A DNA stretch of 52,918 nucleotides from Octopus sinensis. Lineage: Eukaryota. Shown here one piece after another: positions 25,271 through 37,374 of this stretch; the stretch's first letter is position 1; the number at the start of each line of letters is the position of its first letter. The position numbers and the translations under genes are program-made. The notes beneath the pieces were generated by a model. That model worked only from the letters and a program-made list of their open reading frames with translations. It searched no databases and was not told where the DNA came from. Where the stretch lies: NCBI RefSeq assembly GCF_006345805.1, contig NW_021833890.1, positions 1 to 52,918 of the forward strand, written 5' to 3'.

Positions 25271-25974
25271 CATGCATTTATAAATGTGCATGCGTATATA
25301 TATTCGTTAGTATGGATGAATGTCTTTTATGAAACGCCGTGTGTGAGTGCTGTCAGAGAAATGCAGTCACACTCTTGGAGATCGGTTTAACCAAAATTAG
25401 TTTGGTGATGAATGGAGAGGGGTGGTGGTTCAAATTTACAGGTTAACAGGAACCGTGAAACAATATCAAGATGATGGCAATAGAAGTTGGCTATTTATAG
25501 GATAATATATATATATATAAGACGCTAATACAAAATATGGGTGTAGAAACCGATGCAGCAATCACAGTAAGCTCCCTGATCGGAATCGGCTATCAGTCTA
25601 CATAGTGATCAATTACAATGTAATGCAATGTCAAGTATCCGGGTAACTGAAAATCCAGGAAATCCGAGCAATAAAATTATTCTGTGGGGATTACATAAAA
25701 CACAAGGACGAGAGGTATGTAAGGTGAAGAGAAAGCTGCTCTTAAAGTTACGGCCGTTTCGTAAAACTTCCTTTGTGCTATTAATTTAAGAATGCAAGGA
25801 AGTATACGTCCGTGTTTCCAGTAAAATACATGCTCATCATTATACAATACAATTGTATATTCACAAATTAGTGCGAATAAAGCTGGCCAGCTCATCAGAT
25901 CGTCGGAGCATCTGATCACTGCAACATCACGTTCCATCTACAAAACAATTCTCATCACATACATACATAGGTAC

Positions 25975-26116
25975 AGGCGTGGCTGTATGGTAAGACGCTT
26001 GATTCCTAATCATAGGGTTCTTGGTTCAGTCCCATTGCGTGGTACCTTGGGCAAGTGTTTTATACTATAGCCTAGTGAGTGAATTTGGTAGATGGAAACT
26101 GAAAGAATCCCGTCGT
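25975..26116 (+). mobile_element. SINE family A, head+body with deletion
   Basis: GGCGTGGCTGTATGGTAAG...GGTTCAGTCCCATTGCGTGGTACCTTGGGCAAG. Confidence 0.8.
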
Positions 26117-26377
26117 ACACACACATACACGCACGCACACACATATTTGTGGACAGCAGCAGATCAAACCTCAACAGGCGCTCAATGCAAATCTCTCAGA
26201 ATTTTTGTTAAGATTTTAAATAGCAGTGGACTTTGGAGTTACGTTCTAATGCAGTACTTCGTTCTTACTCTACACGGGATGAGTAGGACCTTTCGAACAG
26301 TGCACACACACACACACACACTCCCTATAATGATATCGATTAGTCCTCCGATAGTTAACACTAAACGGATACATATA

Positions 26378-27618
26378 TCAGGTTGTTTCACACGAAATGT
26401 CTCATTTTTAATTACTTGTTATTTCAGTCATTTAAAAACTCAATTATGTAAACCCTTGCATCTAATCCTGACTCTTTTTCTTTCCCAACAATATTGGTAT
26501 ACAAAATTCGTACCCACAGACCTTATGAAAATAATAACAACCAAAATATGTTGAGTGATTTGCTCGTATGAGTACAAACTGGGTCACTCTGTCGCAGAAG
26601 CTCTACGGAATATCAAGCGGGCCTTTGGTAATGGTTTTGTTGATACTAGAATTATTCAGAGATGGTTCCAAAGCTCTCGTTTAGGAGATGATAACCTTAA
26701 AAATAAACCAAGGGCTAGGCCAAAATCAGTTATTCGGCATGATGGATTAAACGCTTTGGTTGAACAAAATCCGAGAACAAAGGTTCGAACACTTTCATCA
26801 GAACTCCAAACATCTCGCACAACTGTTTTGGACACCTGTAAAAAATTGGAAAAAAATCAAGAAAACGGATAGGTTTGTTCCACATCAACTGAACGAGATC
26901 CAAAATAACAGACGCTTCGAAGTGTGCTCCTTATTGCTTTCTCAACTGGAAGAAGACCATTTTTGCATCAAATCATTACTTGTGATGAGAAATGGATACT
27001 CTTTGACAACAGCAGGAGAACAGAACAGTGATTAGATGCTGGACAGTCACTTAAACACTACCCAAACCCACCATTGCACCCTAAAATGTTAGTGTCCACT
27101 GCATGGTGGTCTGCGAAGGGGGTTATTCATTATTCATTTTTGCAAAAAGGAACAACGGTAACAGCAACATCGTACTGCCAGGAAATTGATTGTATGCATG
27201 AGAATTTGAAAAAGAAGCAACCCAGACTAGTGAATAGAGATGGCCCAAGTTCGCTCGACGACAATGCACGTCCTCACACTCCTCAAGCTACGGTCCAAAA
27301 GTTGCAAAGCCTAACTTATGAGATTTTGCAACATTCCCTTTATTCCACTGATATCTCTCCTACTGACCATCACTTATTTTAACATTTTTGAGCTTTTCAC
27401 AAGCAATAAGACATTCTTAAACAGAGAAAAGGAATTTGAAGCATTCGGAAAGTTTATCACAGAAAAAGATGAATAGACATCGAGAATCGTTGGGAAAACG
27501 TCATAAAGGAACATGGGTCATACTTTGTTTTTTTTTAAAAAAAATCAGTTCTCTAACACTTCTGAAACATTTCAAATTGTTACCTTTCAAATACGATATT
27601 CCATGTGAAACAACCTAA
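26378..27618 (+). mobile_element. mariner DD34D transposon, full length, decayed (resembles Hsmar1/cecropia type)
   Basis: TIRs TCAGGTTGTTTCACACGAAAT / ATTCCATGTGAAACAACCTAA, TA on the left. Frameshifted transposase: N-terminal HTH (26555-26872), FVPHQL, ITCDEKW, DNARPH-x-YSTDISPTD with 34-residue D-D spacing. Confidence 0.93.
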
Positions 27619-27634
27619 CTTATATATATATATA

Positions 27635-27785
27635 TCCTCCTTTCCACAAATATTTTCTCACGCCGTCTCTGATGAAGGGATATCCATAATATCCCAGAAA
27701 TAGCTGTAAGACTATTTTATTATAAATGTCCTGAAAACTCATCACAGTCTTGGATTTGTTTTGTTATCTCATTCTGTCTAATATA
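27635..27785 (+). mobile_element. Penelope-like terminal-repeat fragment
   Basis: Contains the minimal hammerhead at 27665-27712; flanked by AT-rich tandem and inverted repeats. Confidence 0.5.
27665..27712 (+). ncRNA. Minimal type-I hammerhead ribozyme-like motif
   Basis: GTCT | CTGATGA | A GGGATAT ccata ATATCCC A | GAAA | TAGCTG TA | AGAC: helix I 4 bp, helix II 7 bp, short AGCT-palindromic helix III, GUA cleavage triplet. Confidence 0.6.
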
Positions 27786-27944
27786 TATATTTATATTAAT
27801 TATATATATATATGTTTATATTAATTATATATATATTTATATTAATTATATATATATATAATTAATATAAACGGCAGTTTGCAATGTTTTACCAAAATGG
27901 AGAATTACAAATGTCACAATATGAGTGTGTGTGTGTGGAGAATG

Positions 27945-28182
27945 AAGGCGCGTGGCTTAAGATATTCTGCTCTTGATCGTAAAATCGAGAGTTCGAAAAC
28001 CGGGTCAGACACTTTATTTCACGTGACCCCAATTCACTTAACTGGCAAAAATGAGTTGTGCCTGTTAAGGGCCCGCGTGACTGTGGTGTACTCAGCCACT
28101 TGCACGTTAATTTCACGAGCAAGCTGTTCCAGTTGATCAGATCAACTGGAACCCTCGTCGTCGTAATCGATGGAGTGCCAGT
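27945..28182 (+). mobile_element. SINE family E with internal deletions
   Basis: GAAGGCGCGTGGCTTA head, ACACTTTATTTCACG core, tail 1. Confidence 0.8.
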
Positions 28183-28204
28183 TGTATGGGGAGAAATGGA
28201 ACGA

Positions 28205-28251
<47 letters not shown>

Positions 28252-28823
28252 AGAGGAGGATAGGGGGGGGCAGAGACAGCTCCTCTTTGGAAATGTCGAG
28301 TAATAAGCATGCATGACACAACGTTTGATATTAAGAACATACTCTTCTCTCGTTTTGGGAAGAAAAATAAACAACACACACACACACACACAAAATGACA
28401 CACACACATATACATCAATACAGACGCAGTGACACACAGGCACACCCCCACAAACTAGCAAACACACAGATGTCTCCCATCTTACCTGCTTTTTTCACGA
28501 AAATCTTCCGTTAATTATTTCATGTCAAAGTGTTTTTAACTTTTTTTTTTCTTTGCCACAATCCAGTGTCAGTTACTTACAAAACGTCTTGCTTAGTGAT
28601 TTCCCTCTTTCCTTCTTTCCTTCCTGCTTTCTTTCATTCATGCTTTCTCTCTTTCTTTCTTTCTTTCTTTAGCTTATCTATTCATTCCTTTTACATTTTC
28701 CATATACGCTTTTATTATTTTATAATTCGATATTCAATTATTATTGTCTCCTCCGTCGTCCCCATCATCATCATTATATTGTTCCCCACAATTTCCTTAT
28801 ATTTTCGAAAGAAATTATTGTTT

Positions 28824-28871
<48 letters not shown>

Positions 28872-29280
28872 TATTATTATTATTATCATTATTATTATTA
28901 TTATTATAACCCGTATAATTTCTTGCCAAACTTTTTGCAACCCATGTCTCCTCTCTTCTCTGCCTTCCCATTCTCTCCCCCTTTTTATCTCTCGATTTTT
29001 CCCCCTCCCCCAACCATTCACTGCCTGCCTCTGTCTCTCTCTTCCTTGCCCCTATATTCCCATTATTTTCATCAACTCATCCTTTCATTTAACTCCATAT
29101 TGTCGCGCCAATAATCACACATAAGGATTACGGACACGACATATATACATACAAGCACAGGATGAGAAGAGACTGTCACAGTCACACACGCACATGCGCA
29201 CTCGCACTTATATATGTATGTATATATGAATGCATGTACCTGGAGATGCACGTATTATTTCATTATTATACGTACATATA

Positions 29281-29810
29281 AGGCGGTGGGCTGGCAGAAT
29301 CTTCAGTACTCGGGGTAAGATGCTTAGCGGCATTTCGCCCGTCTTTATGCTCTGAGTTCAAATTCGCCGAGGACAACTTTACTTTCTGTCCTTTTGGGGT
29401 CGATGAAATAAGTACCAGTTACGCAGTGGGGTCGATGTGATCGATTGTGTGTGTGTTTGCTATTCCTTCTCGAGCCATGCCTAGCTCATAAGGGCCGCTT
29501 TTCCCGGTTTCATTGGCGTATAGGTTCCCCACCTGGACGGGACGCCGGTCCGTCGCAGGTGAGTTGCAAGATGCGGGCGGAAAGAGTGAGAGAAAGTTGT
29601 GACGAAAGAGTCAGCAGAAGTTCGCCATTACCTTCTGTCGGAGCCGTGTGAAGGTGAGGTGTTTCGCTCATAAACACACGCACCGCCCGGTCTGAAATTC
29701 GAACCCGCGATCCCTCCACCACCTGTCCGCTACTCTAAACACTAGGCCACGTAATCGATTATCCCCCCTCCCCTCAAATTTCAGGTCTTGTGTCTATAGT
29801 AGAAAGGATT
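29281..29810 (+). mobile_element. SINE family C split by a younger SINE insertion
   Basis: Left part 29281-29446; the right part resumes at 29751 and ends CTTGTGTCTATAGTAGAAAGGATT. Confidence 0.8.
29447..29750 (-). mobile_element. SINE family D variant with alternative tail 2
   Basis: D-type head and central domain, then CACCTGCGACGGACCGGCGTCCCGTCCAGG tail; 10-bp TSD GTGATCGATT/GTAATCGATT. Confidence 0.85.
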
Positions 29811-29892
29811 TTTATACGTATATGTATATGTAAAGGGCATACATGCATTGTATGTCTATTTAACAATGAGCTTACGGGTGTGTCTGTTTAAA

Positions 29893-30441
29893 CAGGGTGC
29901 CCACTGAAAAACTGTAGGGTTTGAAAAAGTCATAACTTATTTGTTTCAAATCTTATTAATTTTTTTGCTTTTATTTTGCATGTTACAGAGCATGCTTTGG
30001 AGATTAAAATGGCTACATGTGATGTAGAGCAACGAGTAAAACTCCTTAAGTTTTTCCTTTCCAGTGAAAGATCAATTATTCAAACTCAGAGAGAATACCG
30101 GCAATGTTTTACTGTCTCCTAGCGATAGCATGATTCGAAACCTAATCGCCCGGTTTGAAAGAAATGGATCAGTCGGGAATCTTCCGGGAAGTGGTTCTAA
30201 GTGCATTGCGAGCACTGACGCAGTGGTGGGAGGTGTACGGCAGGGTGTCCTTGGGGATCCATCAGTCTCTTCCCGTCGTCGCTCTGCTCAATTAGGCATC
30301 ACCAGAACATCTCTTCAGAAGATTCTGAAACTCGATTTTAAAATGCTTCCATCCAAATAAAATTTTAAAAAATATAGAAGATCTTATGTTTGTAAAAGTT
30401 ATTAATGTTTTATATCATTCAGTCTTTCAGTGGCCACCCAG
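29893..30441 (+). mobile_element. Internally deleted Tc1/mariner-superfamily element
   Basis: TIRs CAGGGTGCCCACTGAAAAACTG / CAGTCTTTCAGTGGCCACCCAG, TA on the right; ORF 30064-30360 is a transposase N-terminal HTH (RFERNGSV...PSVSSRRRSAQLGITRTSLQKILK). Confidence 0.85.
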
Positions 30442-30789
30442 TATATATATATATATATATATTCCCTACCTTCGAAACGCGGCGTAGATAAAATAGGGGA
30501 CAACTGATGAAAGTACTGTTCTTTATGTTGTCTCTTTTCTCTATTTGATTCTTTCGTTGTTCGAAAAAAAGTTCGGTTTCTATGTTTATATTTTTTATGT
30601 TCTCGTTTCTCATTTTGTTAACGATTTTTTGATTACCCATATATGCATGTATATGTAAATATATATATGTAGGTATGTACATGTATATATGTATATATGT
30701 ATATATTTATTATTATATGATCGAACGCCACGCATCCATTTCCAAGTTAGTTTTATATAATAATAACAATAATAATAATGATAATAATA

Positions 30790-32198
30790 GTTCGAGCAGT
30801 CCTGAAGTCTGAGCTGAATGCATATAATAAGGTGTTAGCCATAAATCAGTACCAGTTGTTCTTTATAGCTTCAATGTACTTAACTGGAATATCAGTGAAA
30901 TAATGAAAATTGACTGAAAAATCCGCAAGCTACTGACTTGTAATAAGATGCACCATCCAAAGGCAGACGTGAATCGCCTTTACCTTCCCAGAGCTCAGGG
31001 AGGTCGAGGTTCGATCCAGCTTGAACTTACATACAAAACCACCACAATCGGACTGGCCAAATACCTTGAAGCAACCAACGATTGGATGCTAAAATTTGTT
31101 GAAAACATGAAAGACAGAAAAAAACTTCATTCTATTCTCAAAGAGAGCAAAGATTTCGCTGCTTATCTCTTAGATACCCACTAGATTGATCAGGTTGAAG
31201 GAAATGCGCCAACTGCAGCTGCAAAGAAAAGAAAATTAATTGCAAAGACAAAAGCACATGAAAATTTAGCTAGCAGATGGGAGCAGAAACCTCTTCATGG
31301 CAAGTATGTGGCCCGTAGCAAACAAGCTGATGTCGACCAGAAACACACGCACAAATGGTTTCGGAGCTCAGGGCTAAAAGCAGAGAGTGAAGGTTTCATA
31401 TTAGCTGCTCAAGACCAAAGCTTATTAACCCGGAACTACCAAGCCAATGTAATAAAAAATGGAGCTGACCCTAAATGCCGATTCTGTAACGATGAGATTG
31501 AAACAATAGACCACCTAATCTCAGGGTGTAGAGTCTTAGCACCTGCAGAATATAAAGCAAGACATGACAGAGTCGGCCAGTATTTACATTGGACAATATG
31601 TCGGCATTATAAAATCAAAACCGCTGACAAATGGTATAAACACCATCCTGAAGCTGTGACTGAGGGAGAAAATGTGTCGATTCTATGGGACTTCCCCGTA
31701 CAGAACTATAAAAGCTAATAAACCGGATATTATTATAAAAGATCAGACAAAAAAGATGTGTTTATTAATTGACATGAGTATTCCTTGCGATCACAATATA
31801 GCGGCGAAAGAATTTGACAAGATTAGTAAATATAAAGACTTGCTAATAGAAATTGAAAAAATGCGGCATCTCAAGGCGACTACAGTACCAGTGATTGTAG
31901 GATCTCTAGGAATGATAAAAAAAGGTACTGAAACCTATTTGAAAATGATTCCAGGCTTACCATCCTTACAGGAAGTGCAAAAATCGTGTTAACTGGAACG
32001 GCTCGTGTACTGAGAAGAGCATTATCGCTGTGAAAACAACATCCATCCATGAATTTATTTATTTATTAATTTTTAAATGCATATTTTATCTGTGAATCTG
32101 CGCGTGTAATCTTGGAATGCACACAATGAAGTTCTCTACCCTAGGTGTACGGAAAACACTCGGCGAGAAACGGAAGAAAATTTGAAGAAAGGAAAAAC

Positions 32199-32199
<1 letters not shown>
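30790..32199 (+). mobile_element. R4/Dong-clade non-LTR retrotransposon, 5'-truncated (copy 1)
   Basis: RT thumb (LKSELNAYNKVLAIN...HHPKADVNRLYLPRAQGGRG), AAQDQSL, CCHC knuckle CRFC...DHLISGC, RHD, NKPDII...IDMSIP...KISKY endonuclease; (TAA)n on both flanks. Confidence 0.95.
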
Positions 32200-32245
<46 letters not shown>

Positions 32246-32328
32246 TATAATAATAATAATAATAATAATAGTAGTAGTTTAGTAGTAGTAGTAGTAGTAG
32301 TAGTAGTAATAACAATAATAATAATAAT

Positions 32329-32362
<34 letters not shown>

Positions 32363-32363
32363 C

Positions 32364-32413
<50 letters not shown>
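32200..32413. repeat. (TAA)n/(TAG)n/(CAA)n array
   Basis: Directly visible; tail of Dong copy 1. Confidence 0.9.
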
Positions 32414-32414
32414 G

Positions 32415-32966
32415 TGCCCTGATGCAGTACCAGGCAGTGGCTCTCATGGCTTCTGATCTTAACTGATTGGAAGTGTTATCATGTACATTGTTTTGTCTTG
32501 TGGTATAAAAGATGGGCTACGCAAATATTCTGCTCAATACCACAGATTTTTTTGTCAGTTGTTTGACCTTAACCAGTTGAGCATGTCCCTTAGTGGCTGA
32601 CGATATGTGCATCTCTGATCACGAGCAGAAGTAGTGGGGGAGCATCATAGCCATGTGTTGAGAGGGATTCTTTGGGGTTTGAATACACACCTCTGGAAAC
32701 ATGGGTGGTTCGTTCAACATCCTTAAACAACCCTTATTCAGGGACCTTTTGAGCGGGATGGGCTACTCAACCTGAAGAAAATTCTAACTGGGCTCCACCT
32801 GCAAGGTCATGTGCTGTTTATCTTGATATGAGATCACCATGTCGCGCACATATGGTTGTGATGCATGTGCCTGGTGTACCTTTATCAGACGGGTAGTCAT
32901 GATGGGTATGGGCTTCGTATATTTTACCCCAGTGTCACTTTGATGGTATGAACTTCTCTCTCACTC
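32415..32966 (+). mobile_element. Element G copy 3
   Basis: TGCCCTGATGCAGTACCAGG...CTCTCTCACTC between TAA arrays. Confidence 0.85.
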
Positions 32967-33139
<173 letters not shown>

Positions 33140-33195
33140 GTGACAACAAAAGAATGAGACCTCGATATTAGATAAATAGAGGATTATTTATATAT

Positions 33196-33675
33196 GTTAT
33201 AATTTAGAACAAACAGTAAAAGCTTGTCATTATAGTACTCGGAGTTTCGAATGCCGGAGCGAAGAACTACAATATATTCTCGTCGGCTATGTATGAGTAC
33301 GTACATACATGTATGATTGTGTGTGTGTACATGTACGCATACATGTTTGGGTGAGTGTGTACGCATGCAGACTTTGTGAACGTAGGAGGTTTATGTCTAC
33401 GTATTGCGAGAATATGGCTGCGTATATTTTAAAATCTTTTTTCTTTTTCTATCTATTAGATTTAATTCCCTTTTATCTAACGGTTTTTTCATAGCATCCG
33501 GGTACTATAATGACAACATGTTACTGTTTACATTATTTACATTATTTACATTTGACGATATTTGTCCTCATCTTGTTTGTTGTTAACGGGCATATAGCTT
33601 AGTGGTTAAGAGCGCGGGCTACTAACCACAAGATTCCGATTTCGATTCCAGACTGTGACCTGAATAATAATAATA

Positions 33676-33741
<66 letters not shown>

Positions 33742-33937
33742 CATCGAAAAATACCTTAGGAATGAGAACCCAAGTTCGAAATTTCCCCAACACACCTCAT
33801 GAAGGCTGGAGGGTATATCAGCCGAAATGTGTTAACAAACAAGATGAGGTCAAATATCCGTCAAATGTAAATTATGTAAATAATGCATATAATTCCTCAT
33901 CTCTTAAATATAGAACTGTTACTGTTTGTTCTGAATT

Positions 33938-33942
<5 letters not shown>
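33196..33942. mobile_element. MITE-like element with ~50-bp inverted arms; right arm split by an insertion
   Basis: Left arm GTTATAATTTAGAACAAACAGTAAAAGCTTGTCATTATAGTACTCGG; right arm rebuilt from 33495-33529 plus 33928-33942; a solo arm lies at 13805-13855. Confidence 0.7.
33530..33916 (+). mobile_element. tRNA-headed element with Penelope-like hammerhead tail and inverted arm
   Basis: 11-bp TSD TGTTACTGTTT (33519-33529, 33917-33927); head 33588-33660; (AAT)n; decayed hammerhead 33792-33832; 33530-33587 is an inverted copy of 33831-33885. Confidence 0.75.
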
Positions 33943-33989
<47 letters not shown>

Positions 33990-33990
33990 A

Positions 33991-34196
33991 ACGAGGACTG
34001 ATCAAAAAATATTAGGGCTGGTGCAGGAGTGGCTGCGTGGTAAGTAGCTTGCTTACCAACCACATGGTTTCGGGTTCAGTCCCACTGCATGGCACCTCGG
34101 GCAAGTGTCTTCTACTATAGCCTCAGGCCGACCAAAGCCTTGTAAGTGGATTTGGTAGACGGAAACTGAAAGAAGCCCGTGGTACATATGTATATG

Positions 34197-34237
<41 letters not shown>

Positions 34238-34890
34238 GTGCGTGCGTGTGTGTGCGTGTTTGTGTGTCTGTGTTTGTCCGCCCCAAATCGCTTAACAACC
34301 GATGCTGGTGTGTTTACGTCCCCGTAACCTAGCGGTTCGGCAAAAGAGACCGACAGAATAAGTACTAGGCTTACAAAGAATAAGTCCTGGGGTCGATTTG
34401 CTCGACTAAAGGCGGTGCTTCTAGCATGGCCGCAGTCAAATGACTGAAACAAGTAAAAGAGTAAAAGAGTAAAAGAGTAGTGGTGTTATGAAAAGAAAAC
34501 TTCATACAACACGTGTCGATACAACATTTAATCTACTTCGAAAATGTCTCCTTCTGAAGCCCAAAACTGTATCTGGCGTTGTTTCCATTGATGAAAGCAT
34601 TTCTGGAACTCCTCTACTTTTGGAATGGTGAACAGCTGCCTCGTCGCATTCTCTTGGATTACATCGGCGTCTTGTTGAGGTCTTCTACTGCGAAGACTGA
34701 GCTTTGGTTTCGGGGCCAACACCATGGACCCACGATTTGTCCCCTGTAATGACCGTTTTGAAAATGTTCTTGTCTTTCCCGACACAACCAAAGAGATCCT
34801 GCGCAGCGGAGACCCGGGCTTCTTTTTGAGACGACCACACATTTTACATCCGAGCACTGCTAGAAACAACGGAAGGGGGTAAAAACGCAA
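33991..34890 (-). mobile_element. Internally deleted mariner interrupted by a SINE
   Basis: TIR-like ACGAGGACTGATCAAAAAATATT at 33991; minus frames give VITGDKSWVHGVGPETKAQSSQ and IPKVEEFQKCFHQWKQR...EGDIFEVD. Confidence 0.8.
34019..34480 (+). mobile_element. SINE family A, full length, with (GTAAAAGA)3 tail
   Basis: Complete head, body, (TA)(TG) tract and tail with tandem terminal repeat. Confidence 0.92.
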
Positions 34891-35423
34891 CAACTTAGTG
34901 TGCATGTATGTATACGTGAATATATATGTATATATATACATATATACACACACACATGCACACAGGCATACACACACACGCACACACACGCACACACACG
35001 CACATACACACATGCACACACGCATACACACACACGCACACACACGCACGCACACACGCACACACACGCATACACACGCACACACTCACACACACATTTA
35101 AGCACTTATAAGAGATTCACATCCAGCACTTTTTTTCTTTCTCCGCCATCATTGCTGCTCTCACTCCTCTCACTCTGACCCTCACTCTCACATATCCTCC
35201 CACCTCACTCCAGTTTCTATGAACATTGTCTATCGTGCTATAGAATAGTTTTCACTGACATCCACCTTGAGAGCCTCATCAATAACAAACAATCTATTGA
35301 TTTATGACCGTTACCTGCAGGGGCTTTTCACCTTTCTTGGGATCGAATATCACTGAATGATATATATATATACGTACATACATACATACAGATATATATA
35401 TATATATATATATATAGATATAC

Positions 35424-35483
<60 letters not shown>

Positions 35484-35683
35484 CTCTATATATATAGATT
35501 CATTTATATATATATGTACATACATACAGGCATATATATATATATGAGTACGTATCAATATATAGACATAGACATATACATATGCATATATATGTGTGTG
35601 TCTCACTGAGTATAGATAAAAATACTGTTATCTTTCACTATATATCTATGCACACACACACACGCAGACACACACACACACAT

Positions 35684-35717
<34 letters not shown>

Positions 35718-35720
35718 GTT

Positions 35721-35789
<69 letters not shown>

Positions 35790-36712
35790 ATATGTATGTA
35801 TGTATGTAAGTATGTATATCCATTTAACAATATATGACTATGAAGAATTGCAGATAGACACGATAAGAATTTTGGGATTGTAAAAACAAACTATCCATAT
35901 ATACTATAAATGGCAAAAAGTAGAATAGAGAGACGAAGAGTTAGAAACAAATACATAACTCAGAGACAACGGAAATAAAATACATAGACTCATAAAGAAA
36001 CAGGAGTTCTATGCAGTGTGCGCGTATTAAAGTGGGTACATATTAAAGAAAAGGCGTACATATATTGAATGGGCCGAATGTACGGAGAAGCACTCTGTTG
36101 TGTAATGAAAATTTGCAAAAAAAACAGCAAGACGAATGAAAAAATTATGGTTTCTAATTAGCATACCAGATTGAGGTGGAGCGTGGCTAGGATAAAGAGG
36201 ATAAAGATAATCTAATATTTGATTAGAAATTTACTTTCAGCATCCACTGAGGAATGAAATTGGGTGCTTCGATTCAGAATGTAATATGAGGAATTAAAAA
36301 TAGTAAGGAATTTTGTTGGGCGTTCTGCCGTATCTACCATTTTGTGCACCGTTCTTTTTATTCCCTACCGATTGTACGAATTGAGCAAGCTCCATTTTGA
36401 ATTTTTTTTTCCTGATGATCCCCACTGAAGCAGAAACAAGTGTCCATAGCTATTGTTTGCCTTTCAAATGAAAATAAGATTTTCTTTTTCTATTTCCATG
36501 TAGCCGCTGAGAATTACACCTACTTTCTTGGAATAATTTCCCTCTCTCATCTAGGTCTTGTTTGCTTTCTCTCTACATGGAGGAAATTTCTTCTACATTC
36601 ATAACAGCTCACTGATAGTATTCTGTGCCCCCCACCCCACCGTCCACTAACTTTGTATTCCAAAATTATGGCACTGGCTCCTTTGTCTAGCTACTCTTGG
36701 TACATTATTTGG

Positions 36713-36761
<49 letters not shown>

Positions 36762-36790
36762 GTCTGTCTATCTATCTGTCTGTCTATCTA

Positions 36791-36911
<121 letters not shown>

Positions 36912-37051
36912 TAAGAGAAAGAGTGAATCTCGTTCGACAAGCTAAGTTCGTCCTATGATACTAGGAAACTTTAAGTCACATGGAACCAAGTTAAACTGTA
37001 AATGACTCCGTCCATCCATCCATCCATCCATGGGTCCATACGTACATATAT

Positions 37052-37365
37052 ATGTGGTCTGATCATTAAATATTCCGACTGTTGCCATAGTAACGAAGCT
37101 CAAGCACGCAGAATGAAGCCGCTTGCACAGATTGACCTTGAACTCTGCTATCCACGTGCACTAAGTTTTATAGTTCTAGCTCACTTCCTCTCATTACAGC
37201 AGTGCTGGGAAGGAAGGTGTGTAGCGTGTGATCGTCGCATTGACCATGACAGAAAATTGAGCAGAGAATCTGCATCAAACTTGCCCAAAGCTTGGTCATA
37301 ACTGCTCAGAGGCCTACGCAAAGTTTTCAAAAACTTTTCATCATTCTGGACACAATCAAGGTGAT
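37052..37365 (+). mobile_element. mariner 5' fragment
   Basis: TIR-like ATGTGGTCTGATCATTAAATATTCCGACT; frameshifted start MTEK-EQRICIK-CQKLGHNCSEAYAK; 5' region resembles the 34890 element. Confidence 0.65.
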
Positions 37366-37374
37366 CTAGACTCA

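Noticed and set aside
25885-25915. CTGATGA followed by the palindrome AGCTGGCCAGCT on the minus strand
   Set aside because: No GAAA core after the stem, so not a hammerhead.
32440-32525. Weak resemblance of element G to 5S rRNA (GATCT..CTGAT..GGAAG) and of its end hairpin to U2 stem-loop IV
   Set aside because: Short gapped matches without convincing 5S promoter boxes or further U2 similarity; likely chance.
33588-33660. tRNA-like sequences here and at all SINE heads as tRNA genes
   Set aside because: Cloverleafs are incomplete and run into SINE bodies, so no anticodon is assigned.
36411-36440. CTGATGA...GAAAC hammerhead-like spacing
   Set aside because: The intervening sequence cannot form helix II, and no helix I/III is present.
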